Assembly (NCBI GenBank): GCA_964556925.1
Contig: CAZKXY010000001.1
Span: 2,790 to 66,789 of the forward strand
Reading direction: 5' to 3'
Length of the DNA: 64,000 bases
Source: an uncultured Planctomycetales bacterium
GTDB taxonomy: Bacteria > Omnitrophota > Gorgyraeia > Aquiviventales > Aquiviventaceae
The stretch's first letter is position 1. Each line of letters opens with the position of its first letter. This document shows positions 46,759 through 56,795 of the stretch, piece by piece. The translations under genes and the position numbers were made by a program. The notes beneath the pieces are model-generated. The model was not told where the DNA came from, ran no database searches, and was given only the letters and a program-made list of their open reading frames with translations.

Positions 46759-47752
46759 GCTGCGGCGCGATCCCATCATCGGCCGGTGGAACATCATCGA
46801 GGCCGACGACCCGGCGGGGCCGGAGGCCTTCGAGGTCGAGACGCACGCGAACAGCGGCGGCAAATGCCCGTTCTGCTTCGGCAACGAGGGCATGACCCCG
46901 CCGGAGATCTACGTCGTCCGGCCGCCGGGCGGCGCTGCGAACGGCCCGGGCTGGAGCCTGCGCGTGGTGGCGAACAAGTTCCCCGCGCTGAAGATCGAGG
47001 GCGACCTCGACCGGCAGGGGATGGGGGTGTACGACTGGTGCAACGGCGTCGGCGCCCACGAAGTGATCGTCGAGACGCCCGACCACAACCGCCAGATGGC
47101 GGACCTCAGCATCGCCGAGCTGACCGAGGTCGTGAAGGCCTTCAAGGCCCGCTCGCTAGACCTGCGCGGGGACAAGCGCCTGAAGTACACGCTCATCTTC
47201 AAGAACTTCGGGCTGTCGGCCGGGGCCTCGCTGGAGCACACGCATTCGCAGCTCATCGCGCTGCCGATCGTGCCGAAGCGGGTCCAGGAGGAGCTGCGGG
47301 GTGCGGAGCGGTATTTCGAGTTCCGCGAGCGCTGCCCGTACTGCGACATGCTCCGCCACGAGCTGCAAGAGCACGAGCGCGTCATCTGCGAAAACCGCAG
47401 CTTCGTGGCGATCTGCCCGTTCATGTCGAGCTTCCCCTTCGAGCTCTGGGTGCTGCCGAAGGAGCACGGGGCCGACTTCGCGCAGCTCGCGCCGGAGCCG
47501 GCGGGGGATTTCGCGCGCATCCTCAAGGAGACGCTGCTGCGGCTGCGGACCGCCCTCCGGGATCCGTCCTACAACTTCATCATCCACTCCGCGCCCATTG
47601 AGCGGCAGGCGCGGGAGGAGTACCACTGGCATCTGGAGCTGATCCCCAAGCTCACCAAGATCGCGGGCTTTGAGTGGGGCACCGGCTTCTACATCAACCC
47701 GACGTCCCCCGAGCAGGCCGCCACGCTGCTCCGGGACATCCAGATCGGCTAA
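46751..47752 (+). CDS. galT: GalT-family hexose-1-phosphate nucleotidyltransferase
   Basis: CPFC.GNE, NKFPAL, GASLEHTHSQ (intact HxHxQ), HWHLE, AGFEWGTG. Confidence 0.9.
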   Translation: MSELRRDPIIGRWNIIEADDPAGPEAFEVETHANSGGKCPFCFGNEGMTPPEIYVVRPPGGAANGPGWSLRVVANKFPALKIEGDLDRQGMGVYDWCNGVGAHEVIVETPDHNRQMADLSIAELTEVVKAFKARSLDLRGDKRLKYTLIFKNFGLSAGASLEHTHSQLIALPIVPKRVQEELRGAERYFEFRERCPYCDMLRHELQEHERVICENRSFVAICPFMSSFPFELWVLPKEHGADFAQLAPEPAGDFARILKETLLRLRTALRDPSYNFIIHSAPIERQAREEYHWHLELIPKLTKIAGFEWGTGFYINPTSPEQAATLLRDIQIG

Positions 47753-47797
47753 CCGATGACACCGTTCCGGTGTCAGGCACTTCGCTCCGCCTACAAT

Positions 47798-47838
47798 GGT
47801 GTCAGACACTTTTCAAAGCGGGAAAAGTGTCTGACACC
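47798..47838. repeat. Family A double-palindrome element upstream of gap
   Basis: Perfect 17-bp IR with aaagcgg loop; preceded by TACAAT (47792-47797) and a hybrid half-arm GGTGTCAGGCAC (47769-47780). Confidence 0.95.
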
Positions 47839-47856
47839 TTTTAACGGGAGGATGTG

Positions 47857-48909
47857 ATGGCGATTCGGGTCGGCATTAACGGGTTCGGACGGATCGGGCG
47901 CAACGTCTTCCGCGCCGGCGTCAACCGGGCGGGGATCGAGTTCGTGGCGGTGAACGACCTGCCGACCCCGACGGAGACGCTGGCCCACCTGCTCAAGTAC
48001 GACTCGATCCTGGGCACGTTTCAGGCCGACGTCCGCGCCAGCCAGGACGCCGTGGTCGTCAACGGCAAGCCCCTGAAGGTCTTCACGAGCAAGACCCCGG
48101 CCGAGATCCCCTGGAACGACCTGGGGGTCGAGCTCGTGGTGGAGTCCAGCGGCGTCTTCACCGACAAGGAGCGGGCATCCGGCCACCTCGCCAGGGGGGT
48201 CAAGAAGGTCGTCATCACCGCCCCGGCGAAGAACGAGGACCTCACCATCGTGCTGGGGGTCAACGAGCAGGCCTACGACCCGGCCAAGCACCACGTGCTC
48301 TCCAACGCCTCCTGCACGACCAACTGCGTCGTGCCGATGGCCAAGCTGATCCATGAGCGGTTCACGATCGTGCGCGGGTTCATGACCACGATCCACTCGT
48401 ACACCAACGACCAGCGCCTGCTGGACCTGACGCACAAGGACCTGCGCCGGGCGCGGGCCGCGGCGCTGTCGATGATCCCGAGCACGACCGGGGCGGCCAA
48501 GACGGTCGGGGTGGTGTTCCCGGAGCTCAAGGGGCGCATCGACGGGCTCTCGATCCGGGTGCCGACGCCGAACGTCTCGATCGTCGATCTCTCCTGCCAG
48601 GTGGAGCAGCCGACGACGGCCGAGGCGGTGAACCAGCTCTTCAAGGCCGCCGCCGAGGGGCCCATGAAGGGGATCCTGCAGTACTGCGCCGACCCGCTCG
48701 TCTCGCGGGACTTCAACGGCAACGCGCACTCGTGCATCTTCGACGCCACGATGACGGCGGTGATCGACAGGCAGCTCGTCAAGGCCTTCGGCTGGTACGA
48801 CAACGAGTGGGGCTACTCGAACCGCGTCGTGGACCTCATCGAGTACGTCGCGAAGCGCGGGCTCGGCGCCACCGCAGGCAGCGCGGCCAAGGCTGCAGTT
48901 GGGGCCTAG
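47857..48909 (+). CDS. gap: Glyceraldehyde-3-phosphate dehydrogenase type I
   Basis: GINGFGRIGR, SNASCTTNC, WYDNEWGYSNR; GGAGG SD at 47847-47851. Confidence 0.98.
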   Translation: MAIRVGINGFGRIGRNVFRAGVNRAGIEFVAVNDLPTPTETLAHLLKYDSILGTFQADVRASQDAVVVNGKPLKVFTSKTPAEIPWNDLGVELVVESSGVFTDKERASGHLARGVKKVVITAPAKNEDLTIVLGVNEQAYDPAKHHVLSNASCTTNCVVPMAKLIHERFTIVRGFMTTIHSYTNDQRLLDLTHKDLRRARAAALSMIPSTTGAAKTVGVVFPELKGRIDGLSIRVPTPNVSIVDLSCQVEQPTTAEAVNQLFKAAAEGPMKGILQYCADPLVSRDFNGNAHSCIFDATMTAVIDRQLVKAFGWYDNEWGYSNRVVDLIEYVAKRGLGATAGSAAKAAVGA

Positions 48910-48943
48910 CGAGACAGAGAAAGAACGCAGGGTTCTCACCTGG

Positions 48944-50200
<1,257 letters not shown>

Positions 50201-50215
50201 GCGATTGGGTTGCTG

Positions 50216-50989
50216 ATGCGCAAACCGCTCATTGCCGGCAACTGGAAATGCCACACGACGCTCCGGGAGGCCGCGGCGCTGGTCGAGCAGGTGAAGCGCT
50301 CCTGCCAGCTGCCGACGGTGGAGGCGGCGGTCTTCCCCCCGTTTCCCGCGCTGTCGTCGGCGGGCCAGTGGCTGGACGGGTCGACGATCCGCTTGGGCGC
50401 GCAGGACGTGTTCTGGGAGCCGCAGGGCGCGTTTACCGGCGAGGTCTCCCCGCGGATGCTCGTGGATGTCGGCTGCCGGTTCGTGATCATCGGCCACTCG
50501 GAGCGCCGGACGCTCTTCGGGGAGACCGATGAGACGGTGCGCCGCAAGCTCCTCGCCGTCCTGAGGGAGCCGCTGACGCCCATCGTCTGCATCGGCGAAA
50601 CGCTGGCCGAGCGCGATGCCAATCGGACGTTCGACGTCATCACGCGTCAACTGACCGACGGCCTCCAGGGGCTGGCCGGGGAGCAGGCTGGGCAGGTCAT
50701 CGTGGCGTACGAGCCACTCTGGGCCATCGGCACCGGCCGCAACGCGACCCCGGAGCAGGCGCAGGAGGCGCATGCGTTCGTCCGTCAGCGGCTGGCGAAC
50801 GCGTGGGGCAAGGAGACCGCCCAAGCCATTCGGATTCTCTACGGCGGCAGCGTCAACGGGACGAACGCCGAGTCGTTGCTCGCCCAGCCGGATGTGGATG
50901 GGGCGTTGGTGGGCGGCGCCAGCCTGAAGGCCGAGTCGTTCAGCGCGATCGTGAAAGCGGCTGCAGAAGCCAAAACCGTGAGGCGATAA
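50216..50989 (+). CDS. tpiA: Triosephosphate isomerase
   Basis: IAGNWK, IGHSERR, AYEPLWAIGTG, YGGSV, LVGGASL. Confidence 0.98.
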   Translation: MRKPLIAGNWKCHTTLREAAALVEQVKRSCQLPTVEAAVFPPFPALSSAGQWLDGSTIRLGAQDVFWEPQGAFTGEVSPRMLVDVGCRFVIIGHSERRTLFGETDETVRRKLLAVLREPLTPIVCIGETLAERDANRTFDVITRQLTDGLQGLAGEQAGQVIVAYEPLWAIGTGRNATPEQAQEAHAFVRQRLANAWGKETAQAIRILYGGSVNGTNAESLLAQPDVDGALVGGASLKAESFSAIVKAAAEAKTVRR

Positions 50990-50992
50990 CCG

Positions 50993-51376
50993 ATGTTTGT
51001 CTTCCTCCTCGTCATTCATGTGCTGGTGGCCCTGTTCCTGATCGGCGTCATCCTCATCCAAGGGGGTCGGGGCGGGCTCGGCGAGGCCTTGGGCGGGGCG
51101 GCGGCGCAGTCGCTCTTCGGCGGCGGCGCCAACCTCGTCATGGCGCGAGTCACCACGGCGGCCGCGGCGCTGTTCATGGTCACCTGCCTCTCGCTGGCGG
51201 CGATTTCCACGGCCCGCGGCCGGTCGGTGATCGAGCAGCTGCCGGCGTCGGTCGACCAATTGCCGTTGACGTTGCCGGGGGAGCCCGTGCAGCCGACCGC
51301 TCCTCCGGCGGTGCCGACGAGCGTCGGGGAAGCCGAAACCGCACCTTCCCAACCCGCTCAGCCCACTCCCCCCTAG
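50993..51376 (+). CDS. secG: Preprotein translocase subunit SecG
   Basis: Two TM helices flanking ILIQGGRGGLGEALGG...QSLFG; conserved position after tpiA. Confidence 0.93.
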   Translation: MFVFLLVIHVLVALFLIGVILIQGGRGGLGEALGGAAAQSLFGGGANLVMARVTTAAAALFMVTCLSLAAISTARGRSVIEQLPASVDQLPLTLPGEPVQPTAPPAVPTSVGEAETAPSQPAQPTPP

Positions 51377-51390
51377 GCCTCCCAAAGGGC

Positions 51391-51452
51391 AAAAGGTGTC
51401 AGACACCTTCTTCGCTGCGAGACGACCGCTCAACAGGTGTCTGACACCTTTT
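51391..51452. repeat. Family B double-palindrome element overlapping the oppA start
   Basis: AAAAGGTGTCAGACACCT (51391-51408) / AGGTGTCTGACACCTTTT (51435-51452) around a spacer containing cgctgcgagacgaccgctc. Confidence 0.92.
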
Positions 51453-53042
51453 GTTGTTGTGGCGGCGCTGGCGCTCCTTGCCCCCGCGCTTCGCGCCACG
51501 CCCCCTGCCGAGCCGGTGACCGGCGATGCGCTGGTCGACGGCGCTATCGGCGACGCGAGCCGGCTGCTGCCCCTCCTGGCGACCGACAGCGCCTCCGGCA
51601 CCATCGTCTCGCTGCTCTTCAACGGCCTCGTGAAATACAACGAGCGGCTCGAGATCGTCGGCGATCTGGCCGAGTCGTGGGCCGTCAGCGACGGGGGCCT
51701 GACGATCACCTTCGTCCTGCGCCCGAACGCCCGCTGGCATGACGGGGCTCCGGTGACGGCGGAGGATGTCCGCTTCACCTACGAGAAGCTCATCGATCCT
51801 GCCGTGCGCACGCCGTATGCCAGCAGCTATGAGCGCATCCAGTCGGTCGAGGTGCTGGATGCGCACACCGTCCGCGTCCGGTATCGGGAGCCGTTCGCGC
51901 CAGCGCTCGAAAGCTGGATGATGGGGATCATGCCCAAGCACCTCCTGCAGGGCGAGGACCTCAACACGACCCCGTGGCTCCGCCGCCCGGTCGGCCACGG
52001 CCCCTATCGGTTCGTCCGGTGGAAGACCGGCGAGCTGATCGAGCTTTCCGCCAACCCGGACTACTTCGAGCACCGCCCCTTCCTCGACCGCTACCTCTAC
52101 CGGGTCATCCCGGACGCCGCGACGATGTTCTTGGAGCTGTTGACCGGCGGCATCGATCAGACCGGCTTGACCCCTCTGCAGTACGCCCGGCAGACGGGCG
52201 GCGAGCGGTTTGCGCGCGCCTACCGGAAATTTCGCTACCCCTCCTTCGGCTTCACGTACCTCGGCTACAACCTCCAGGATCCGCGGTTCGCGGACCTCCG
52301 CGTGCGCCGCGCGATCGACCGCGCGATCGACAAGCAGGCGATCCTCGACAACGTGCTGTACGGGCTAGGGGCTGTGGCCACCGGCCCGTACCCCGAAGAG
52401 TCCTGGGCGCACAACCCCGAGGTGCGGCCCGCGCCCTGCGACCTGCAGGCCGCCGCGGCGCTCTTGGCGCAGGCCGGCTGGAGCGACCATGACGGCGACG
52501 GCTGGCTCGACCGGGAGGGGGCGCCGTTCCGCTTCACCGTGATCACGAACCAGGGCAACGACGTGCGCCGCCAGGTGGCGGAGATCGTCCAACAGCAGCT
52601 GGCGAAGCTGGGCATCGACGTGACGATCCGGATCATCGAGTGGGCCACGTTCGTGCACGAGTTCATCGACAAGCGCCGGTTCGAGGCGGTGCTGCTCGGC
52701 TGGGGCCTGTCGCGCGATCCGGACCTGTACGATCTGTTCCACTCCTCCAAGACGAAGGAAGGGGAGTACAACTTCGTCGGCTATGCCAACCCTGAGGTGG
52801 ACCGGCTGCTGGAGGAGGGCCGTCGCACGTTCGATCAGGCCGCGCGGCAGCGGATCTACCGGGAGGTCCACCGCCGGCTGGCCGAGGACCAGCCCTACAC
52901 GTTTCTCTTCGTCGCGGATGCGCTGCCGGTGGTGGCCTCGCGGGTGCGCAACGTCAGGGCCAGCCCCGCCGGCATCGGCTACAACGTCATCGAGTGGTAC
53001 GTCCCGCTGCCCGAGCAGCGCTACAAGCGGCTGGCCCAATAA
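51396..53042 (+). CDS. Peptide ABC transporter substrate-binding protein (family 5, AppA/OppA-like)
   Basis: Signal peptide; GDLAESW, WHDGAPVTAEDVRFT, PVGHGPYRF, RVRRAI..AIDK. Confidence 0.93.
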   Translation: MSDTFFAARRPLNRCLTPFVVVAALALLAPALRATPPAEPVTGDALVDGAIGDASRLLPLLATDSASGTIVSLLFNGLVKYNERLEIVGDLAESWAVSDGGLTITFVLRPNARWHDGAPVTAEDVRFTYEKLIDPAVRTPYASSYERIQSVEVLDAHTVRVRYREPFAPALESWMMGIMPKHLLQGEDLNTTPWLRRPVGHGPYRFVRWKTGELIELSANPDYFEHRPFLDRYLYRVIPDAATMFLELLTGGIDQTGLTPLQYARQTGGERFARAYRKFRYPSFGFTYLGYNLQDPRFADLRVRRAIDRAIDKQAILDNVLYGLGAVATGPYPEESWAHNPEVRPAPCDLQAAAALLAQAGWSDHDGDGWLDREGAPFRFTVITNQGNDVRRQVAEIVQQQLAKLGIDVTIRIIEWATFVHEFIDKRRFEAVLLGWGLSRDPDLYDLFHSSKTKEGEYNFVGYANPEVDRLLEEGRRTFDQAARQRIYREVHRRLAEDQPYTFLFVADALPVVASRVRNVRASPAGIGYNVIEWYVPLPEQRYKRLAQ

Positions 53043-53231
53043 TGGTACCGGGTCTTGCTCTGTCGAACAGCCACGGTTCCAGAGCAAAACGTGTCAGACA
53101 CGTTTCCCGCTGCGAGACGACCGGTCGAAAGGTGTCTGACACCTGTTGCGGTCGTCCCAGCGGCTGTTCGACAGAGCAACCGGGTCTCATTTTTTCCTCC
53201 GAGGACGATAGAAAAATGAGACCCGGTACCA
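53043..53231. repeat. Family C hairpin element interrupted by a MITE
   Basis: After removing the insert and one TSD copy: TGGTACCGGGTCTCATTTTT ... AAAAATGAGACCCGGTACCA, perfect 20-bp IR. Confidence 0.85.
53056..53178. mobile_element. 123-bp MITE with 17-bp TIR and 9-bp target duplication, carrying a family B double palindrome
   Basis: TGCTCTGTCGAACAGCC / GGCTGTTCGACAGAGCA; ACCGGGTCT at 53047-53055 and 53179-53187. Confidence 0.9.
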
Positions 53232-53250
53232 ATTTTCCCTTTTGCGTGCG

Positions 53251-54234
53251 ATGAGTGGCTATCTTGTGCGTCGCCTCATCGGGCTGGTGCCGGTGCTGCT
53301 GTGGATCACGGTGATTTCGTTCGGGATCATCCACCTCGCGCCGGGCAAGCCCACCGACGCCGCGATGTCGTTCAACCCCAAGGTCTCGCTCGAGGCCCGG
53401 CAGCGCATGGAGCTGCTCTACGGCCTGGACCAGCCGGTGCACGTCCAGTACGTCGCCTGGCTGCGGCGGCTGGCGCGCCTCGACTTTGGGCGGTCGTTCC
53501 TCGATGATCGGCCGGTGACGGCCAAGATCGTCGAGCGGCTGCCGATCACCCTGATGATCAACCTCCTGTCGCTGGCGCTGATCTTGGCGGTTACGATCCC
53601 CCTGGGCGTCGTGGCGGCCGCGCGCCCCCACGGACTGTTCGATCGGCTGACAACGGTCTTCGTCTTCATCGGCTACTCCACGCCCTCGTTCTGGCTGGCG
53701 CTGTTGTGCATGGCCTTCTTCGGGGTGCATCTGCGGTGGCTGCCGGTCTCCGGGATCCACTCGTTGGACCATGAGTCGTTCCCCCTCCTGCGGCAATGGC
53801 TGGATCTCGCGTGGCACCTGGCGCTGCCGGTCGGGATCGCGGCGTTCGTCAGCCTCGCGGGCATGTCCCGCTACGCGCGCGCGAGCATGGTCGACATCCT
53901 GCGCCAGGACTACATCCGCTGCGCCCGCGCCAAGGGGCTTCCGGCCTCGCGGGTGCTGTTCCACCACGGCCTGCGCAACGCGCTGTTGCCCGTCATCACG
54001 ATCCTGGGGCTGTCGCTGCCGGATCTCATCGGCGGCAGCGTGATCGCCGAGACGATCTTCTCGATCCCCGGGATGGGGCGGCTGTTCTACGAGGCGGTGA
54101 TGGCGCGGGACTACCCGGTGGTCATGGCGCTGGTGACGATCGGCGCGGTGCTCACGATGCTCGGCAACCTCCTAGCCGATCTCGCCTACGCGTATGCCGA
54201 CCCGCGCATCCGCGTCGGCCCATCCACCAGCTGA
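53251..54234 (+). CDS. Peptide ABC transporter permease (OppB/AppB)
   Basis: GLDQP...QY, DFGRS, DYIRCARAKG (EAA-like loop), ETIFSIPGMG, DPRIR. Confidence 0.95.
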   Translation: MSGYLVRRLIGLVPVLLWITVISFGIIHLAPGKPTDAAMSFNPKVSLEARQRMELLYGLDQPVHVQYVAWLRRLARLDFGRSFLDDRPVTAKIVERLPITLMINLLSLALILAVTIPLGVVAAARPHGLFDRLTTVFVFIGYSTPSFWLALLCMAFFGVHLRWLPVSGIHSLDHESFPLLRQWLDLAWHLALPVGIAAFVSLAGMSRYARASMVDILRQDYIRCARAKGLPASRVLFHHGLRNALLPVITILGLSLPDLIGGSVIAETIFSIPGMGRLFYEAVMARDYPVVMALVTIGAVLTMLGNLLADLAYAYADPRIRVGPSTS

Positions 54235-55028
54235 TGGCGAAGAATCGGTTGACGGTGTGTGGCGGGGTGGTGCTGCTGCTATTGGCGCTGGTCGCCGGGG
54301 CGGCGCCGTGGCTGTCGCCCCACGATCCCCTGCAGGTGAACCTGCCGGATGCGCTCCTGCCGCCCTCGGCCGCCTATCCGCTGGGGACCGACCAGCTCGG
54401 CCGGGACGTGCTCAGCCGGCTCCTCTACGGCACCCGCATCTCGCTGCTGATCGGGTTCATCGCGGTCGGAATCGCCGTCGTCATCGGCACCGGCATCGGC
54501 GCGATCGCCGGCTTCTACGGCGGCTGGGTGGATGCGATCCTCATGCGGTTCGTCGATACGATGCTGTCCATCCCGACGATCTTCCTGCTGCTGTCCATCA
54601 TCGCGGTGCTGGGTCCCAGCATCCAGGTCGTCATGGCCGTCATCGGCCTGACGAGCTGGATGGGGGTGGCCCGGCTGGTGCGGGCGGAGCTCCTCAGCCT
54701 CAAGGAGCGGGAGTTCGTCTTGGCGGCGCGCGTGCTGGGCGCGTCGCCGGTGAGGCTCATCACGAGGCACCTGCTGCCCAACGCGATGGCGCCGGTGGTG
54801 GTCAGCGCAACGCTGGGCGTCGGGGGCGCGATCCTGACCGAATCGGTCCTGAGCTACCTGGGGCTCGGGGTGCAGCCGCCGACGCCGAGCTGGGGCAACA
54901 TCCTGAACGAGGGCCGGATCGCGCTGGGGGTGGCGTGGTGGCTGACGGTGAGCCCCGGCGTGTGCATCCTCATGACGGTGCTGGCGTTCAACCTCCTCGG
55001 CGAAGGGCTCCGCGAACGCTACAAATGA
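54234..55028 (+). CDS. Peptide ABC transporter permease (OppC/AppC)
   Basis: LGTDQLGRDVLSRL, EREFVLAARVLGAS, GLGVQPPTPSWG, LGEGLR. Confidence 0.95.
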   Translation: MAKNRLTVCGGVVLLLLALVAGAAPWLSPHDPLQVNLPDALLPPSAAYPLGTDQLGRDVLSRLLYGTRISLLIGFIAVGIAVVIGTGIGAIAGFYGGWVDAILMRFVDTMLSIPTIFLLLSIIAVLGPSIQVVMAVIGLTSWMGVARLVRAELLSLKEREFVLAARVLGASPVRLITRHLLPNAMAPVVVSATLGVGGAILTESVLSYLGLGVQPPTPSWGNILNEGRIALGVAWWLTVSPGVCILMTVLAFNLLGEGLRERYK

Positions 55029-55852
55029 GCGAAAAAGTGCCAGGCACTTCGCCGCTTGGAATGCCACTGCTAACTGTGGAAAACCTCTCCGTCACCTACC
55101 GGCAGGACGGCGCGCCGGTTCGCGCGGTGGACGGGGTGAGCTTTGCCATCGAGCCGGGCGAGGTGCTTGCGCTGGTGGGCGAATCCGGCTCGGGGAAGAG
55201 CAGCGTCGCGCTGGCGCTGGCTCGGCTGCTGCCCCCGATGGCGTCGGTGTCCGGGCGGGTGATGCTGAGCGAGGCCGATCTTCTCGACGCGCCCGAAGCG
55301 ACCCTGCGGGCCATCCGCGGCGGCACGATCGCGTATGTCTTCCAGGATCCGGCTGCGTCGTTGAACCCGGTGCTCACCATCGGGGAGCAGCTGGTCGAAA
55401 TGCTGACCCGGCACACGCCGTTGCGCGGGCGGGACGCGGAGCGGGCGGCCGTGGAGTGGCTGGGCCGCATGGGGATCGCCTCGGCCGCGGAGCGGCTGCA
55501 CGCGTATCCGCACGAGTTTTCCGGCGGCATGCAGCAGCGCGTGTGCCTGGCGATGGCGCTGTGCGCGAGCCCCTCGCTGCTGGTCGCCGATGAGCCGACG
55601 ACGGCGCTCGACGTGACCGTGCAGGTTGCGATCCTGCGGCTGCTCCGGGAGCTGCAGCGGCGCCTAGGGCTGGCGGTGCTGCTGATCTCGCATGACCTGC
55701 TCGTCGTGGAGCGGCTGGCGCACCGGATCGGCATCATGGCCGGCGGCCGGCTGGTCGAGCTGGGGCCGGCCGAGCAGGTGCTGCGCCGGCCCGCGCACGA
55801 CCAGACGAAGCTGCTGCTGCGCGCCCGCGCGGCGATGACGCTGCGCCGATGA
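55025..55852 (+). CDS. Peptide ABC transporter ATPase (OppD-like)
   Basis: GESGSGKS, FQDP, YPHEFSGGMQQR, ADEPTTALD; start ATG 55025 (ATGA overlap) or 55061. Confidence 0.93.
   Translation: MSEKVPGTSPLGMPLLTVENLSVTYRQDGAPVRAVDGVSFAIEPGEVLALVGESGSGKSSVALALARLLPPMASVSGRVMLSEADLLDAPEATLRAIRGGTIAYVFQDPAASLNPVLTIGEQLVEMLTRHTPLRGRDAERAAVEWLGRMGIASAAERLHAYPHEFSGGMQQRVCLAMALCASPSLLVADEPTTALDVTVQVAILRLLRELQRRLGLAVLLISHDLLVVERLAHRIGIMAGGRLVELGPAEQVLRRPAHDQTKLLLRARAAMTLRR
55035..55049. repeat. Single GTGCCAGGCAC palindromic arm in the oppD 5' end
   Basis: AAGTGCCAGGCACTT encoding KVPGT. Confidence 0.75.
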
Positions 55853-55856
55853 CCTG

Positions 55857-55951
55857 GCAAACGGTGTCAGACACCTTTCCCGAGGCGAGACGACAGGTCG
55901 AAAGGTGTCTGACACCGTTTGCGGTCGTCCCGACGGGTTTTCGACACAGCA
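55857..55951. mobile_element. Family B element with degenerate right end of the 53056 MITE
   Basis: Perfect 23-bp IR 55857-55879 / 55900-55922, followed by ggtcgtcccgacgggttttcgacacagca, similar to ggtcgtcccagcggctgttcgacagagca at 53150-53178. Confidence 0.85.
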
Positions 55952-55973
55952 AGGTGAGATGAAATCGTGAGCG

Positions 55974-56771
55974 ATGGCATCTCCCATTCTTGAGGCGATC
56001 GAGGTCAGCAAGGTGTACCCGCGGCGCGCCGGCGTGCTGCGGCGCGCGGTCGGGGACGTTCGCGCCGTGGACCGGGTCAGCTGCGTGCTGGCAGCCGGCG
56101 AGACGCTGGGCCTGGTGGGGGAGTCGGGGTGCGGCAAGACCACGCTGGCAAAGCTGCTGCTCGGGTTGCTCGCGCCCAGTCAGGGTGAGGTCCGGCTGCA
56201 TGGCGAGCCGCTGGCGGGGTTGACCGGCGCGCGCCTGCGCGCGGCGAGGCGCGCCGTGCAGTTCGTGTTTCAGGATCCGCTGAACAGCCTCAACCCCCGC
56301 CTGACGGTGGCCCAGACGCTGAGCGAACCGTTCATCATCCATCGGCTGGCGAGCGGCGCCGCCAGGCGCGCGCGCCTCGAGGCGCTGCTGGACGCCGTGC
56401 AGCTTCCCGCCGGCTCCCTGGCGCGGCTGCCTCGCGAGTTGAGCGGGGGGGAGCGCCAGCGGGTCGGGATCGCCCGGGCGCTGGCGCTGGATCCTGAGCT
56501 GGTGATTTGCGACGAGCCGATTGCCTCGCTGGACGTCTCGGTCGGCGCGCAGATCCTGGAGCTGTTGCGCGGCCTCTGCCGGGCGCGCCGGATGGCGCTT
56601 TTGTTCATCTCGCATGACCTGGGCGCGGTCGGCTCCGTCTGCGAGCGGCTGGCCGTGATGCAGCACGGTCGGATCCTTGAGACCGGCCCGACCCAGACCC
56701 TCCTGCAGCAGCCCGCCCACCCGTATACCGTGCTGCTCATCCGCAGCGCCTCCCTCGATCTCGACGCCTAG
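55974..56771 (+). CDS. Peptide ABC transporter ATPase (OppF-like)
   Basis: GESGCGKT, FQDP, LSGGERQR, CDEPIASLD, HPYT. Confidence 0.93.
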   Translation: MASPILEAIEVSKVYPRRAGVLRRAVGDVRAVDRVSCVLAAGETLGLVGESGCGKTTLAKLLLGLLAPSQGEVRLHGEPLAGLTGARLRAARRAVQFVFQDPLNSLNPRLTVAQTLSEPFIIHRLASGAARRARLEALLDAVQLPAGSLARLPRELSGGERQRVGIARALALDPELVICDEPIASLDVSVGAQILELLRGLCRARRMALLFISHDLGAVGSVCERLAVMQHGRILETGPTQTLLQQPAHPYTVLLIRSASLDLDA

Positions 56772-56789
56772 GCGTCCAGACGCTATAAT
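56761..56789 (+). promoter_or_regulatory. Sigma70-type promoter of marC-glgC, probably leaderless
   Basis: TCGACG-17 nt-TATAAT(56784-56789)-6 nt-ATG(56796). Confidence 0.68.
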
Positions 56790-56795
56790 CGTAGG

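Noticed and set aside
51377-51395. Possible tRNA after secG, a common arrangement
   Set aside because: Only 19 nt separate secG from the next gene and no cloverleaf is visible.
55025-56771. OppD/OppF lacking the C-terminal Cys-rich extension as possible pseudogenes
   Set aside because: All ATPase motifs are intact and short variants are common.
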